Source of the DNA: Zootoca vivipara
Lineage: Eukaryota
NCBI RefSeq assembly: GCF_963506605.1
Contig: NC_083280.1
Span: forward strand, 45,322,001-45,386,000
Reading direction: 5' to 3'
DNA: 64,000 bases
Every line of letters begins with the position of its first letter. The first letter of the stretch is position 1. A program made the translations under genes and the position numbers. Shown here piece after piece: positions 20,001 to 29,982 of the stretch. Below the pieces are notes generated by a model. It did no database searches and was not told where the DNA came from. It worked only from the letters and a program-made list of their open reading frames with translations.

Positions 20001-22544
20001 CTCAGTTTGGAGGCACTTGTGAAGCACACATTCCCTTGCCATCAGGACGTAAGGAGTCTTGTTATGTATTTCTTTCACATTTTTGAAATGTTCTTTGTAC
20101 CGGTTTAAGCTTGTGGGCTACGGATCACTACCAGCCTTTGCGGATCTTTGCTGGCCATCTTGCTGATGTCACATCGACGCGTTTTCACCCAAACTCCAAC
20201 TACGTTGCTACAGGCTCAGCAGATAGGACTGTGCGGCTGTGGGATGTCCTGAATGGGAATTGTGTCAGAATTTTCACAGGACATAAGGTAAATTAATGTG
20301 AAAATAGCACTGAAATACATTAGTTGCAGAAAAATGGTAACTGTAGATGGCTGAAACCTTTGCACACAGTAGTAGAAAATAGTTAAAAACTGACCTGTTG
20401 CTCAGTTTCCTTTTGAACTTATCTTTTAACTTCCCACTGGGAAAGAAGAGGTCATCTAAGAAGAGGTGATACAGAGTGCTCTGAAATGACATTATTTATT
20501 TGAAGGGTGCTTGCTAAGTAAAACAAGGCATACTGTTGACAGTTTTGTTTTTGGATTTTATATATAGGATTTTCTGTAGCTTTGAGTTATCATTTCTAGT
20601 GTAATTTACCTTCTAGTGTAATTTACCTTGTAGGTGATACATAACGTGTTTCTCATAAAATAAGACGTGCCTATAAAATAAGCCATGGCACGATTTTCTT
20701 GAGGCAACAAAATATAAGACATACCCCCAAAATAAGCCGTTATGGGGTAGTGGTGGGAGCAGGTCTGGATGGCGCTTCTGTAAGGAGCCGGCAAAAGCTG
20801 CAGCGGGACCCAGCAAGAGCCGCAGCACGCGGCGCGCCCTGACTGAGTGGGAGCCAGCGAGAGCCGCAGCGTGCGCCGAGCCCCGACTGAGCGGGAGCTG
20901 GCAAGGGCCGCAGCGTGCGCCGCACCGAGCCACGACCCAGCCGGACCCAGCAAGAGCTGCAGCGGGTACTATACTTAATAAAAAAATAAGACATCCCCTG
21001 AAAATAAGCCGTGGTGTGTTTTTTGGAGGAAAAATAAATATAAGACACTGTCTTATTTTAGGAGAAACACGGGAAGTGTTGTTGCTGTTGTTAATAGGCT
21101 TATTTTTGTTCCAGGGACCAGTTCATTCATTGGCATTTTCTCCTAATGGAAGATTCTTGGCAACTGGGGCAACAGATGGAAGAGTGCTTTTGTGGGATAT
21201 TGGGCATGGTTTGATGGTTGGAGAATTAAAAGGACACACAGACACAATCTACACACTCAGATTCAGTAGAGATGGAGAGATTTTAGCATCAGGTATTTAA
21301 GTCAATTTCGCTCTGGAATCTATCACCTGGAATCTTAGACTTGCCTCTATTTTGACAGCTCAGTCTTCCATTTAGTGAGGAATTGTTAATGCATAGAATA
21401 CTCATTTAATACTTTAATTTGCTAGCCTTGTCTGTTAACTAAAAAAACTGAACCTAAAGGACTAGATGGTGCCATATCCAACCAACTTTCCATGTATAGC
21501 AGCAGACTGGCAAATGGTGAGGGGAGGTATCATGTACTGCACCTGTGGGAAGCCAGATAGCTTGGGAGCTGCAGGAGAGGCCACATGGCGCACAGCTTTG
21601 TCCATAAACACACTGCTTCTACACTGTACCCCCCCAGCATCCACCACCTGAGGCTAACAGGCCATCCCCGAACTTCCTTTTATGCAATTATACACCTTTT
21701 GAAACAAAGCTATTATCTACGGTATGTATTTACCAAAGTGGACATGCTAAATTAGGGCAGGCTTTGCAGAATACTTTAAATATTTTTCTCATCAGAATTT
21801 GGCTTTTTTTTTAACCTATTATGAACAAGAAGTGAGCCTTTCTGAAAAAGTAAATGGGTTTAGAAGTTTAACCGTCCTTATTCATTCTCACCCACTGTAA
21901 TTTTATTAGCATCAGCCCCCAATCTACCCAAATATATACTTTTTACTATTGCTGGGGTTTCAGCTTGTATCTTTTAAACTATAAATTATGAGAGTGGGAC
22001 GTGCATTTTCTGTCCTGTTACTAGAATTTTAGAAACATTGGGTCGTATTCTACAGAGTCCATAGATGAGTGAAATGGGTTCCAACTCATGCATTAGGACT
22101 TCCTCTCCTCCTCCTCCTCCCCTGCAAGCAGGTTGGAGGATCTTTGAAATGGCTTTATCTTTGAAAGGCTATTAACTACTACAGAGTACTTAGCAGTGAA
22201 TATAAGTGATTAGTATTTTTTAAGATCCTCAGCTTGACAAATGGGTTGTGGTGTATAGTGGATGTTTTTTCTTTATATCCAGAATTAAATGTTATGTCCT
22301 GTTAAATTAGTTTTCATTTTTCCTAGGTTCAATGGATAACACGGTAAAGCTATGGGATGCTGTGAAAGCCTTTGAGGACTTAGAAACAGATGATTTTACT
22401 ACAGCCACTGGACATATAAACCTGCCTGAAAGCTCTCAAGACTTGCTGTTGGGTACATACATGTCCAAATCGACCCCTGTCACACACCTTCATTTTACCC
22501 GCAGAAATTTGCTTCTTGCTGCTGGGGCATACAGTCCTCAGTGA
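11060..22544 (+). CDS. TAF5: TFIID subunit TAF5 (LisH, NTD2, WD40 repeats), 11 exons, 804 aa
   Basis: Exons: 11060-11633, 12613-12847, 13705-14020, 14701-14864, 15806-15941, 16601-16721, 17526-17655, 18871-19035, 20110-20287, 21115-21292, 22327-22544. Total 2415 nt with consistent phases. Diagnostic peptides: DRQTLLAVLQFLRRSNLRE, EDQPDVSAVLSAYNQQGDP, WD40 repeats (LWATDHYQPLRIFAGH, GHTDTIYTLRFSRDG) and C-terminus AAGAYSPQ*. Confidence 0.97.
11804..11939 (+). mobile_element. L2-type LINE 3' tail fragment
   Basis: Near-identical to 62745-62870. Confidence 0.8.
15143..15278. mobile_element. hAT-type hairpin MITE
   Basis: TIRs CAGGCATCCCCAAACT...; perfect 8-bp TSD ATCTAGGA. Confidence 0.9.
15428..15563. 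mobile_element. hAT-type hairpin MITE
   Basis: Same internal sequence as 15143-15278; TIR TTCCTCAAACT...AGTTCGAGGAA. Confidence 0.8.
19404..19593. mobile_element. Tc1/mariner-type MITE nested in an older hAT-like element (~19136-19877)
   Basis: Ends CAGTAGT... and ...GATACTACTG|TA with a CpG-rich interior. Flanks carry hAT-like ends (AGGGTAGGGAACCT... / ...AGGTACCTCATCCCTG). Confidence 0.6.
20644..21072. mobile_element. pogo/Tigger-like MITE with internal GC-rich ~42-bp repeats
   Basis: TIR CGTGTTTCTCxTAAAATAAGAC / GTCTTATTTTAGGAGAAACACG, with repeated AAAATAAG(A/C)C subterminal motifs. Confidence 0.75.
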
Positions 22545-23481
22545 ACCACCAAACTACAAGACTTGATTGTACAAGTATCATGTATATCTTAGAATAACTT
22601 GAATTAATGAAGACCACAATGTACATATTATACAAATGAACTGAACTTGTCTGCCAGAACAAACGGTGCAAACTGATGATGATTCAAGCTACACCTTCAG
22701 AAACTGCTATTTTAAACACCCCACCCCACCCCCAGTGTAAGTGTTGAGACATTGACATCATAAAAATAGGGGAAGAAACATATACATGTGGTATGGCTTT
22801 TTAAAAGAAGTAAACAGTATATGGGAATACCTTGCTTAACCTTGTCCACAAAATGGCAACTGGCACTACAAAACTGTAGTGCCAGTTGCATATGGCAAAG
22901 TTGTTTGAACAATTTAAAAGCACTTAGTTTGGCATTAACACAGGTTTAATCAGTACCCAAAATTTTCTTTCCCAGTAAGACTTGTTCATATAAGTTCTTC
23001 AAGAGTGGAATTTGTCTCTATGGAGCTGTTACTTAAAAAACTGTGAAGAGGCCTAAGTAGTTATCTGACTTATGTAAGTACGGTAACCTAGTTTCTTCAA
23101 AGCTGAAAAGCACAAATTGAACAAGATTGAAAATTTCTAAACGTAATTACCAGTAAATTAAGCAGCATTTTAGGAAATGCAAACAATAATTGAAACCTTT
23201 ATAACTGAAATTTCGCTTTCCTAACTATTTTGGATACAAAAGGTATACCAACCTCCCCCCACAAGAAACTTGAATCACCCCCCTTAAGTATTTGCCGGGG
23301 GGGGGGGGGAATACGTTTTGAGCCCTTTCCATAATGACAAAGCATAAATGTCATTTATGCTTTCTGTGAAAAATTGTGCCACAGCTATACACCAATTGTT
23401 GAAAACTAGTATGGATCCATTAGTTTAAAAACACTGCCATGGTTTTGCATTATGTACAGTTTTATACTTTTGATATTTTAT

Positions 23482-23487
23482 AATAAA
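23482..23487 (+). terminator. Probable TAF5 polyadenylation signal
   Basis: AATAAA ~940 nt after the TAF5 stop codon, followed by a U/GU-rich tract. Confidence 0.6.
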
Positions 23488-24854
23488 ATCTATTTTGTGC
23501 CTGTCTTTCAGTTTCATTTGCTCACAAGGGCCTTGTTTTTACCTGTCTGAACCTATATTCTATAGTTCCAGCAAAAGCAGCCCTTGTACTACAAGCTTTT
23601 ATCTTCAAAGACAAAGCAAATGAGAGAATCATGATTTTAAAGAAAAAAATGTGAGGCTGCCGAATACTTCTTGTGGAAGATTCCCACTTACATAATTCCA
23701 GAAATGGTGTAATGCTTTGTCAAGTTTACAACTGGATTTTTAAAATGTATGTATAGAAACCAGTGTTTCAGGGAAGCCAGTTAGTCACATCTTTTAAAAT
23801 GGGGGTGGGGAACCACAGGCCTGAAAGCAGTCATCTGGGCCTCTCTGCCTGGCCTTTGCAAGTCTTCTCAGGCCACAAGCCTACCCCAGCCATATTCTAG
23901 TGGCTGTACTTTGTACTCTTGAACAATGATAATGTCTCTTTTGATTCCCTGGATGGAGACTAGAGGGATGTGTGTAGAAATTAGCAAACTGTACAAAAGT
24001 AAAAAATGCATTCTTTGACCCTGCTCACTACTAGCCTCTAGGTGACTGATTAGAACATTTGTCCATCAGAAGGGGCCTGCAGGTCACTGGAAGTACAGCA
24101 TCTGGGATGAAATGTATATGCAGCATCATAAAGGATGTTTACTAAGAGGTAAATTGCAGAAAGTGGTGGAATTTAGGCCTGGTTTGAGTCTCAACACTAA
24201 ATATGTTTTTGCATTACATAAATAAGCAAGCCACTTCTGGCAGGACTGCAAGATTAGAAGCTTCCCTTTCTACTTTCAATTTAATTATATGTACTGTTGC
24301 ATTTGAAGCCTTAACAGTAGTTAATCTTTACTATGGATTGGTGAATGATCAGTTCATAAACCAGTTTCACTAAACCATAGGTAAGACTACCCATTTTTTC
24401 TCCATTTGGACATAATAACCACAACTGGTTAAGAGCAAGTGAGAGCTTTGTGACCCCACAATGGATGCAACCCACGATCCCGATTATCCATCTGCATTTC
24501 ACTTCGCTGTGCAGAATGGGGCAGACAGATATTTGCTCAGAAATAAGATCAGTCAAGTATTCTAACACCTATCATTCAGCACCATCCACATGTTTAAGAC
24601 ACAGGAAATAGGATCATGTTCCTCCCCTACTATAAATGGAACACGAATGGTTGTAATGAAAGCCACAATTTACTTTTGGAACAGAATGCAGTGTAACATT
24701 TATCCTAGAGATACAGTAATGCCTAAGGATGTATCCATCATTTCTCAACACAGATTGAAAGGGCTCCTTAACTGAACTGTACACACCAGAACTTTGCACA
24801 CTGTTTATATGTAGGACAGTCACTTCTGTAATGGCAATGTGTACAGATGACAAA

Positions 24855-24936
24855 CTTCATCACTGTTCATGATTTATTGAAGTGTACATCAACTTCTAGT
24901 TATATTATGTGCATGGTCCAGTGTCAACATGTCAAC
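24855..24936 (-). other. ATP5MK: Probable non-coding last (3'UTR) exon of ATP5MK
   Basis: GTAAGT donor 5 nt after the stop codon (exon ends at 26227). Minus-strand acceptor tttttttgacAG at 24937 and AATAAA at 24873-24878. The 3' end coordinate is approximate. Confidence 0.7.
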
Positions 24937-25093
24937 CTGTCAAAAAAATAAACATGATTCAGTTACTATATCTTGCACAACTTCTATTTATTAACACACA
25001 GTGGCAGTATTTTGCCCAAACCAGGAAAATTCATATACTGGCTTGTTCTGAAGCCATTAACCAGTTTCCTGGCTCAGACAAAATGGGAAATTA

Positions 25094-25268
25094 CAGTGGT
25101 ACCTCGGTTTATGAACACAATCGGTTCCGGAAGTCTGTTCATAAACTGAAGCGTTCATAAACTGAAGCGAACTTTCCCATTGAAAGTAATGGAAAGTGGA
25201 TTAATCCGTTCCAGACGGGTCCGCGGAGTACTCAACCTGAAGCGTACTTAACCTGAAGCATGGCCTGC
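25094..25268. mobile_element. Tc1/mariner-type MITE (related copy, degenerate right end)
   Basis: TA|CAGTGGTACCTCGGTTT...; the first ~130 bp are nearly identical to 25312-25440. Confidence 0.8.
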
Positions 25269-25311
25269 ACCTTGTCTGTCTGAGTTATGGTCTCCCTGTC
25301 CAGGGTTTATA

Positions 25312-25499
25312 CAGTGGAACCTCGGTTTACGAACACAATCGGTTCCGGAAGTCTGTTCATAAACTGAAGCGTTCATAAACTGAAGTGAACTTTCCCATTG
25401 AAAGTAATGGAAAGTGAATTAATCCGTTCCAGATGGGTCTGCGGCGTTCGCAAACCGAAAATTTGTAAACCGAGGTGTTCGTAAACCGAGGTTCCACTG
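25312..25499. mobile_element. Tc1/mariner-type MITE
   Basis: Perfect 25-bp TIR CAGTGGAACCTCGGTTTACGAACAC with TA on both flanks. Confidence 0.9.
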
Positions 25500-26231
25500 T
25501 ATAGTTAACAGAAGACTTCCTGGTTGGTTTGCTGGCTCACACATTGGGGGGGGGAAGGTTAAGGCTTATTAAGCAGATACAAATCGGGGATACACTGTAC
25601 TAACATGAAATAACAGGCTATTTAGTTGGGCAGAACTTAAAGGTATGCTCACAACTGGATGTCAAGAGGATATGAAAGCAACCACTTGCCCTTATTTCTG
25701 CATTAATATACTCTTTTGTCATGCCGCTCAGTGAAGAACTGAGTGACATAAAATACTGTAGGATAAAAATGCACATGCTGAGCAATTGCTGCTATCTGAA
25801 CTATCAACATTTCCTTAGCCAACTCTATTAAGACATCTATGAAATTTAAACTCATGGCAAACATCTCAGGTTTCAAACACAAGCAAATTAACTTTGCATA
25901 TCCTGTATCAAATTCTGGTACTATGCATCTGCTCCTGGTGTTTGATTAGCTGAAGAATACAGTGTTCTGCAAACTTTGTTATGCCATTTAAGAAAGCAAT
26001 TCTATGTTCAAGCTGAGATTAGAGACAACAACATATGATACAATATTCTTGGTAAAAAATAACTTCATTCATGTTGCAATCTGCTTAAAGCCCTATGAAA
26101 AGATTTACTTGTAACAATACAAGTGCTTAGGATCCTAAACTTGCATTTGACATTTCATGTACAGATACCTGTATTTCTGGAGGTTTTAAGCCCTACTGGC
26201 ATCAGTAAAATATGGTAGACACTTACCCATC

Positions 26232-26908
26232 TTATTTCTGTGTCACAGCTGGAGTTTGCTTCTTAGGCCTCAGTTTAAAATACAGGACGATAGTTGCAAT
26301 CGTTGCATATGTAGCTATAACATACTAAAGACAGAAAATGATAATATTCCTCTGATCAAACACATTTCAAAGGCTTGTTTTTCTGTTATTTAAGTGCAGG
26401 AAAAAGAGAAATGGATTATTAAAAGTACCTGAGTTTATTAAAACCCAAATCTGACAGGAGGGCAGGGCTGCCCACCTGTCAAATCACCTAATGTAATAAT
26501 GCTACCAAGTGACACCACCTTGGATGCAAAAACATCACCTTCTGAAGTGTGTTCCGAGGAGTTTTTATTCAAACTTATTAGAAACGTATTTCAAAGTGAA
26601 GGCCACACCTTCACCTGCCTGCCATCTGACATCACAGGATACCAGAGGCAGGGCAAGTGGTTTGTGGTATAGAGCCTTGCAAACCAAATTAAGATCCCTG
26701 CCAAGCCTAATTTGGCCTGTGTGCCAGAGGTTCCCACCCCACACATTCCCATATCAATTCAGGAACTTTTGAGAATCAACTTCTTTTTTGTTTCATAGCA
26801 GTTATTTAACTGGATACTTACATTTCTTCTGCCTGTTATGGTGTAGGTATTGAAGTATTTCTGAAACCCTGTGAATTGGTGTTGTGACCCAGCATCGTGC
26901 CCTGCCAT
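26232..26908 (-). CDS. ATP5MK: ATP synthase membrane subunit k (DAPIT/USMG5), 59 aa
   Basis: Coding segments 26822-26908 (MAGHDAGSQHQFTGFQKYFNTYTITGRRN) and 26232-26324 (YVIATYATIATIVLYFKLRPKKQTPAVTQK*), with GT-AG boundaries. The FTGxxKYFNxYTxTGR motif plus a single TM helix is characteristic. Syntenic position between TAF5 and PDCD11. Absent from the ORF track. Confidence 0.95.
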
Positions 26909-27639
26909 CACTATTAGTCCTAGATTAAAAAAAAGAAGTTAGTACTGCATCTTTTTTTAAAAAAAATCTACCAGCCAAAAGTAGACCAAAAAAATCTTCC
27001 AGCCAAAGTAGACCAACTTCATTCCAATTATTTACAGTTCAGCATGAAAGCATTAGCTACTAAAACTAAAACTACATAGGAGGATCTATTCAAAGCTGTT
27101 ATTCTTAATTGTTTGCTACATCTAATACCAATATATTTTATGGTGCTGACCTTCAAACAATAATGGTTACTTCTGAAGTTGAGAGCAATGCTTCAAGAAA
27201 CGTAATATGGGCTTGTAAATAACTAATTGTTTAGCCACCTGAGCCTCCATAGAGCAGGTTACGGATTTGCCACTATTCATATGCATGGGTAATAATAATA
27301 ATAGATAACCTAATAAAAGTTGCATGTATTTTAATTGACATTAGAATACTTCATGCAGTAAATTTATCTTATCATTCCAGACTACAACTTCTGTACCACC
27401 TATACTTGGTTGAGTCAATGACCAACAAGACCAACAACTGTAGTTTCCCACCCCAAGGAGTCAGGCCATCGATGTCATAGCTAAAAGCATAAGTCTGGGC
27501 AGAAAGCAAGCGCTTTCAAAGAGACCTTCAATCACTGTTGTTCAGCAAGAAGTGGAAGGGAATAGGCACCAACCATTGAAACATTCAAATCAATTCACTG
27601 AGGAAAGCTAGTTAGATCTAATATAGCAGACCAACTTAC

Positions 27640-27708
27640 CAAATGTTTCTCAACTGCAATTAACACAGATTATCTCCTCAACAGGTGGATTGATTTTACA
27701 CTGCAAAT
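27640..27708 (-). other. ATP5MK: Probable 69-nt 5'UTR exon of ATP5MK
   Basis: Minus-strand acceptor ctgtctctcctttttccgccAG and donor TTG|GTAAGT; no ATG inside. The first exon probably ends at 28372 (CGG|GTAATA). Confidence 0.55.
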
Positions 27709-28329
27709 CTGGCGGAAAAAGGAGAGACAGCTCATCCTCTTGCAAATTCAGGGACATTATGGAGTCATAAGCAAAGCCAACCAGAGTCTGGTGCTATGCA
27801 TAACACCAGAACTTCAGAAAAAGGAAACCACTCTGTTTTGCATATTCTCATTAGTATATTTCACTAGACAGAAAGTTATTTTATGCATCATTGTTTACTA
27901 GTGAAATAATAACCTTTCAACAGTTCAAACTGCTCAGTACTTTTCAATCAACATAATAGAAGCTCCTTTAGACCTCGGCTAGCTATTACCATTGAGCTAA
28001 CTTTAGTTATTTCATATGAACAGCAACCTGCATATAAAGAGTATCAAACGCTAAATTACTCTATGTACCAACCAATGAGATTCATAACGAGTTTTGAGGA
28101 CAACACACAGAATAGAAAATGACAGCCTAGATCCCTCGGCCAGGTCGGAAACAGGAGCACAAAAATGCTGACCCTTTGGACCTATGCAGTAGCTATTGGC
28201 TTACTAAACTGAATTTCAATTGCCATGGCAAGGTTACTCCTACCAGGGTGTATGTGTGTGTCACAAGACACTAACAGGGCCTCTACTCCTTTTACCGATG
28301 CTACTCACACTCCCCAACAAAATTAACCT

Positions 28330-28910
28330 TCTGCATAACCGAGCCAAATCAGCGCCCACCGCAGTTATTACCCGTTTCTCCTCCCGATAACAACCATTCA
28401 ATGTCCTTCGCGTGCAAGATGGCGTCGCTCAAACAGCCGTCCTTTCCGCTTGCCTCTGATTGGCTGAAGCGCGCCGCCCTGCAGAGTAAGGCGGCACTGC
28501 TTCAGAAAAGTATGGTGTGATTGGGCAATTTGCGTGTTTGTCAAAGTTACCGGATTCCTTTCGCTCTGTGACGACTAATAAACCGTCCCGCGAGTTCTAC
28601 CACGGCCCGGTTTCCGTAAAGCCCACTTCCGGTTGCCCTTTGCTGGCCTTCGAATTCGTTTCCGGGTTACGGAGCAGATGGCTGCTCTCACTCGTCAGGC
28701 GTGCCAGTGACTTGAAGAAGCGTGGGGGAAAGGTACATAAGCTGAGCTCTCTGGAGAAGAGGGATAATGAAGGAAAGGAGGGTGGGCTAAGGAGAGGGGA
28801 CCGAATCCGACTGAGCTGGGGATTGAGAAATACGGCAAGGTGGGTTACACGTGTAGAACTAGCGTGGCGGGTTCGCCGCCGGAGTGCCTGCTGTGACGCG
28901 TCTCCGCTCT
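28330..28910. promoter_or_regulatory. Bidirectional CpG-island promoter of ATP5MK/PDCD11
   Basis: CpG-rich. YY1-type CAAGATGGCG at 28415-28424, reverse CCAAT boxes (GATTGG at ~28458 and ~28519), ETS/GABP CACTTCCGG at 28624-28632. Probable PDCD11 non-coding exon 1 donor AAG|GTACAT at ~28733. Confidence 0.75.
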
Positions 28911-29483
28911 TCTGATTGCAGGATCTCTCACAGAAGACACGGGAGGGGGGCTGTGTGGCTTGATTTAACTTCTATGCAGAAAATTCAATAGTCTGTAACC
29001 CTAGAAATCAGGGTGTGGGGTGATCATACGGCTTCCCACCCTCAAACTCTTTATTTTGCTAAGGGGTTGGGGGACGGTGGAGTGTGGAGTATGGACGACC
29101 GTCTGTGCCCCACTTTCTTCCCACTAATGCCATCACCCCGTTTGTTGTTATTTATTTTTTAACATCGAAAGCTGCTTTATGGACATAAAAGCAGAGTGAA
29201 AATAGTGCTCTTATCTGCCCCAGCTTCCACTTTGTGCCTTCTGAGCTACATAAAAATGTTTATATTTTAAATAAAGCATAGATTGCTAGATTTTTCTGAG
29301 TGTATGTGGGGGAAATGATTAAAATCCTGGTATGGTTATGAAGTAAAGTCACTTGGAAGAGTGCATGTTGTTTGTGAAATGCTCTCTTCTTAGTTTGTCA
29401 TATTTTAAAATGCAAAAGTTCTGGGTCTCTAATAGCTGCACAACAGCCAGAAATCAGCAGGTGAGTTATTTTCTTGGTGCAGT

Positions 29484-29631
29484 GATAGAATCATAGACTT
29501 GGAAGAGTACCCAATCATAGAGTTGGAAGGGACCCTGAGGATCATCTAGTCCAGCCCCTGGGGTGCACCCATGCAGGGATCAAACCTGTGACCTTGGTGT
29601 TATTGGTACCATGCTCTAACCAACTGAGCTA
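29484..29631 (-). mobile_element. tRNA-derived SINE with CR1-type tail
   Basis: Minus strand: TAGCTCAGTTGGTTAGAGCATGG...GGTTTGATCCC head, then GGGTCCCTTCCAACTCTATGATT...TCTATGATTCTAT tail. Confidence 0.75.
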
Positions 29632-29982
29632 ATGGTAGAAAAAACTGTTTATTGATCTCAGCTTATGTTGGCATTTGAATACCTAGACTCTTGGTTCATG
29701 AAATAGCAATTCTTTGTCACTTAAGAACAAAGGAAGACTAGCTTCTTTTTGCATTCAGTTTTGCATTCAGAGTTTGCACATCAAAGATTAACAACATTTA
29801 TAAGCTCTTAGCGTCCTGATCCTCTCATGAATGTTACCTTGTTTTAGAGAATCAAATCATCTTCAAAATCTTTTAAAGTCGGTTCTCCTTCTAGAAATGA
29901 AAATGTTTGTGTTGATTTTGCCATTTTGAACACAATTTGTATATGCAAATAACTTTGTTGCTTCCATTGGAGAAAGACAACC

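Noticed and set aside
20606-21048. ~100-115 aa ORFs on the minus strand in TAF5 intron 9
   Set aside because: They lie in the GC-rich MITE interior and have no transposase motifs.
28517-28915. 132-aa ORF across the ATP5MK/PDCD11 promoter
   Set aside because: Non-ATG start, crosses the probable exon 1 donor, and has no recognisable protein features.
29570-29631. tRNA-like sequence (also ~9184-9245 and ~54575-54643)
   Set aside because: Degenerate cloverleaf attached to SINE bodies or tails, so these are SINE heads and not tRNA genes.
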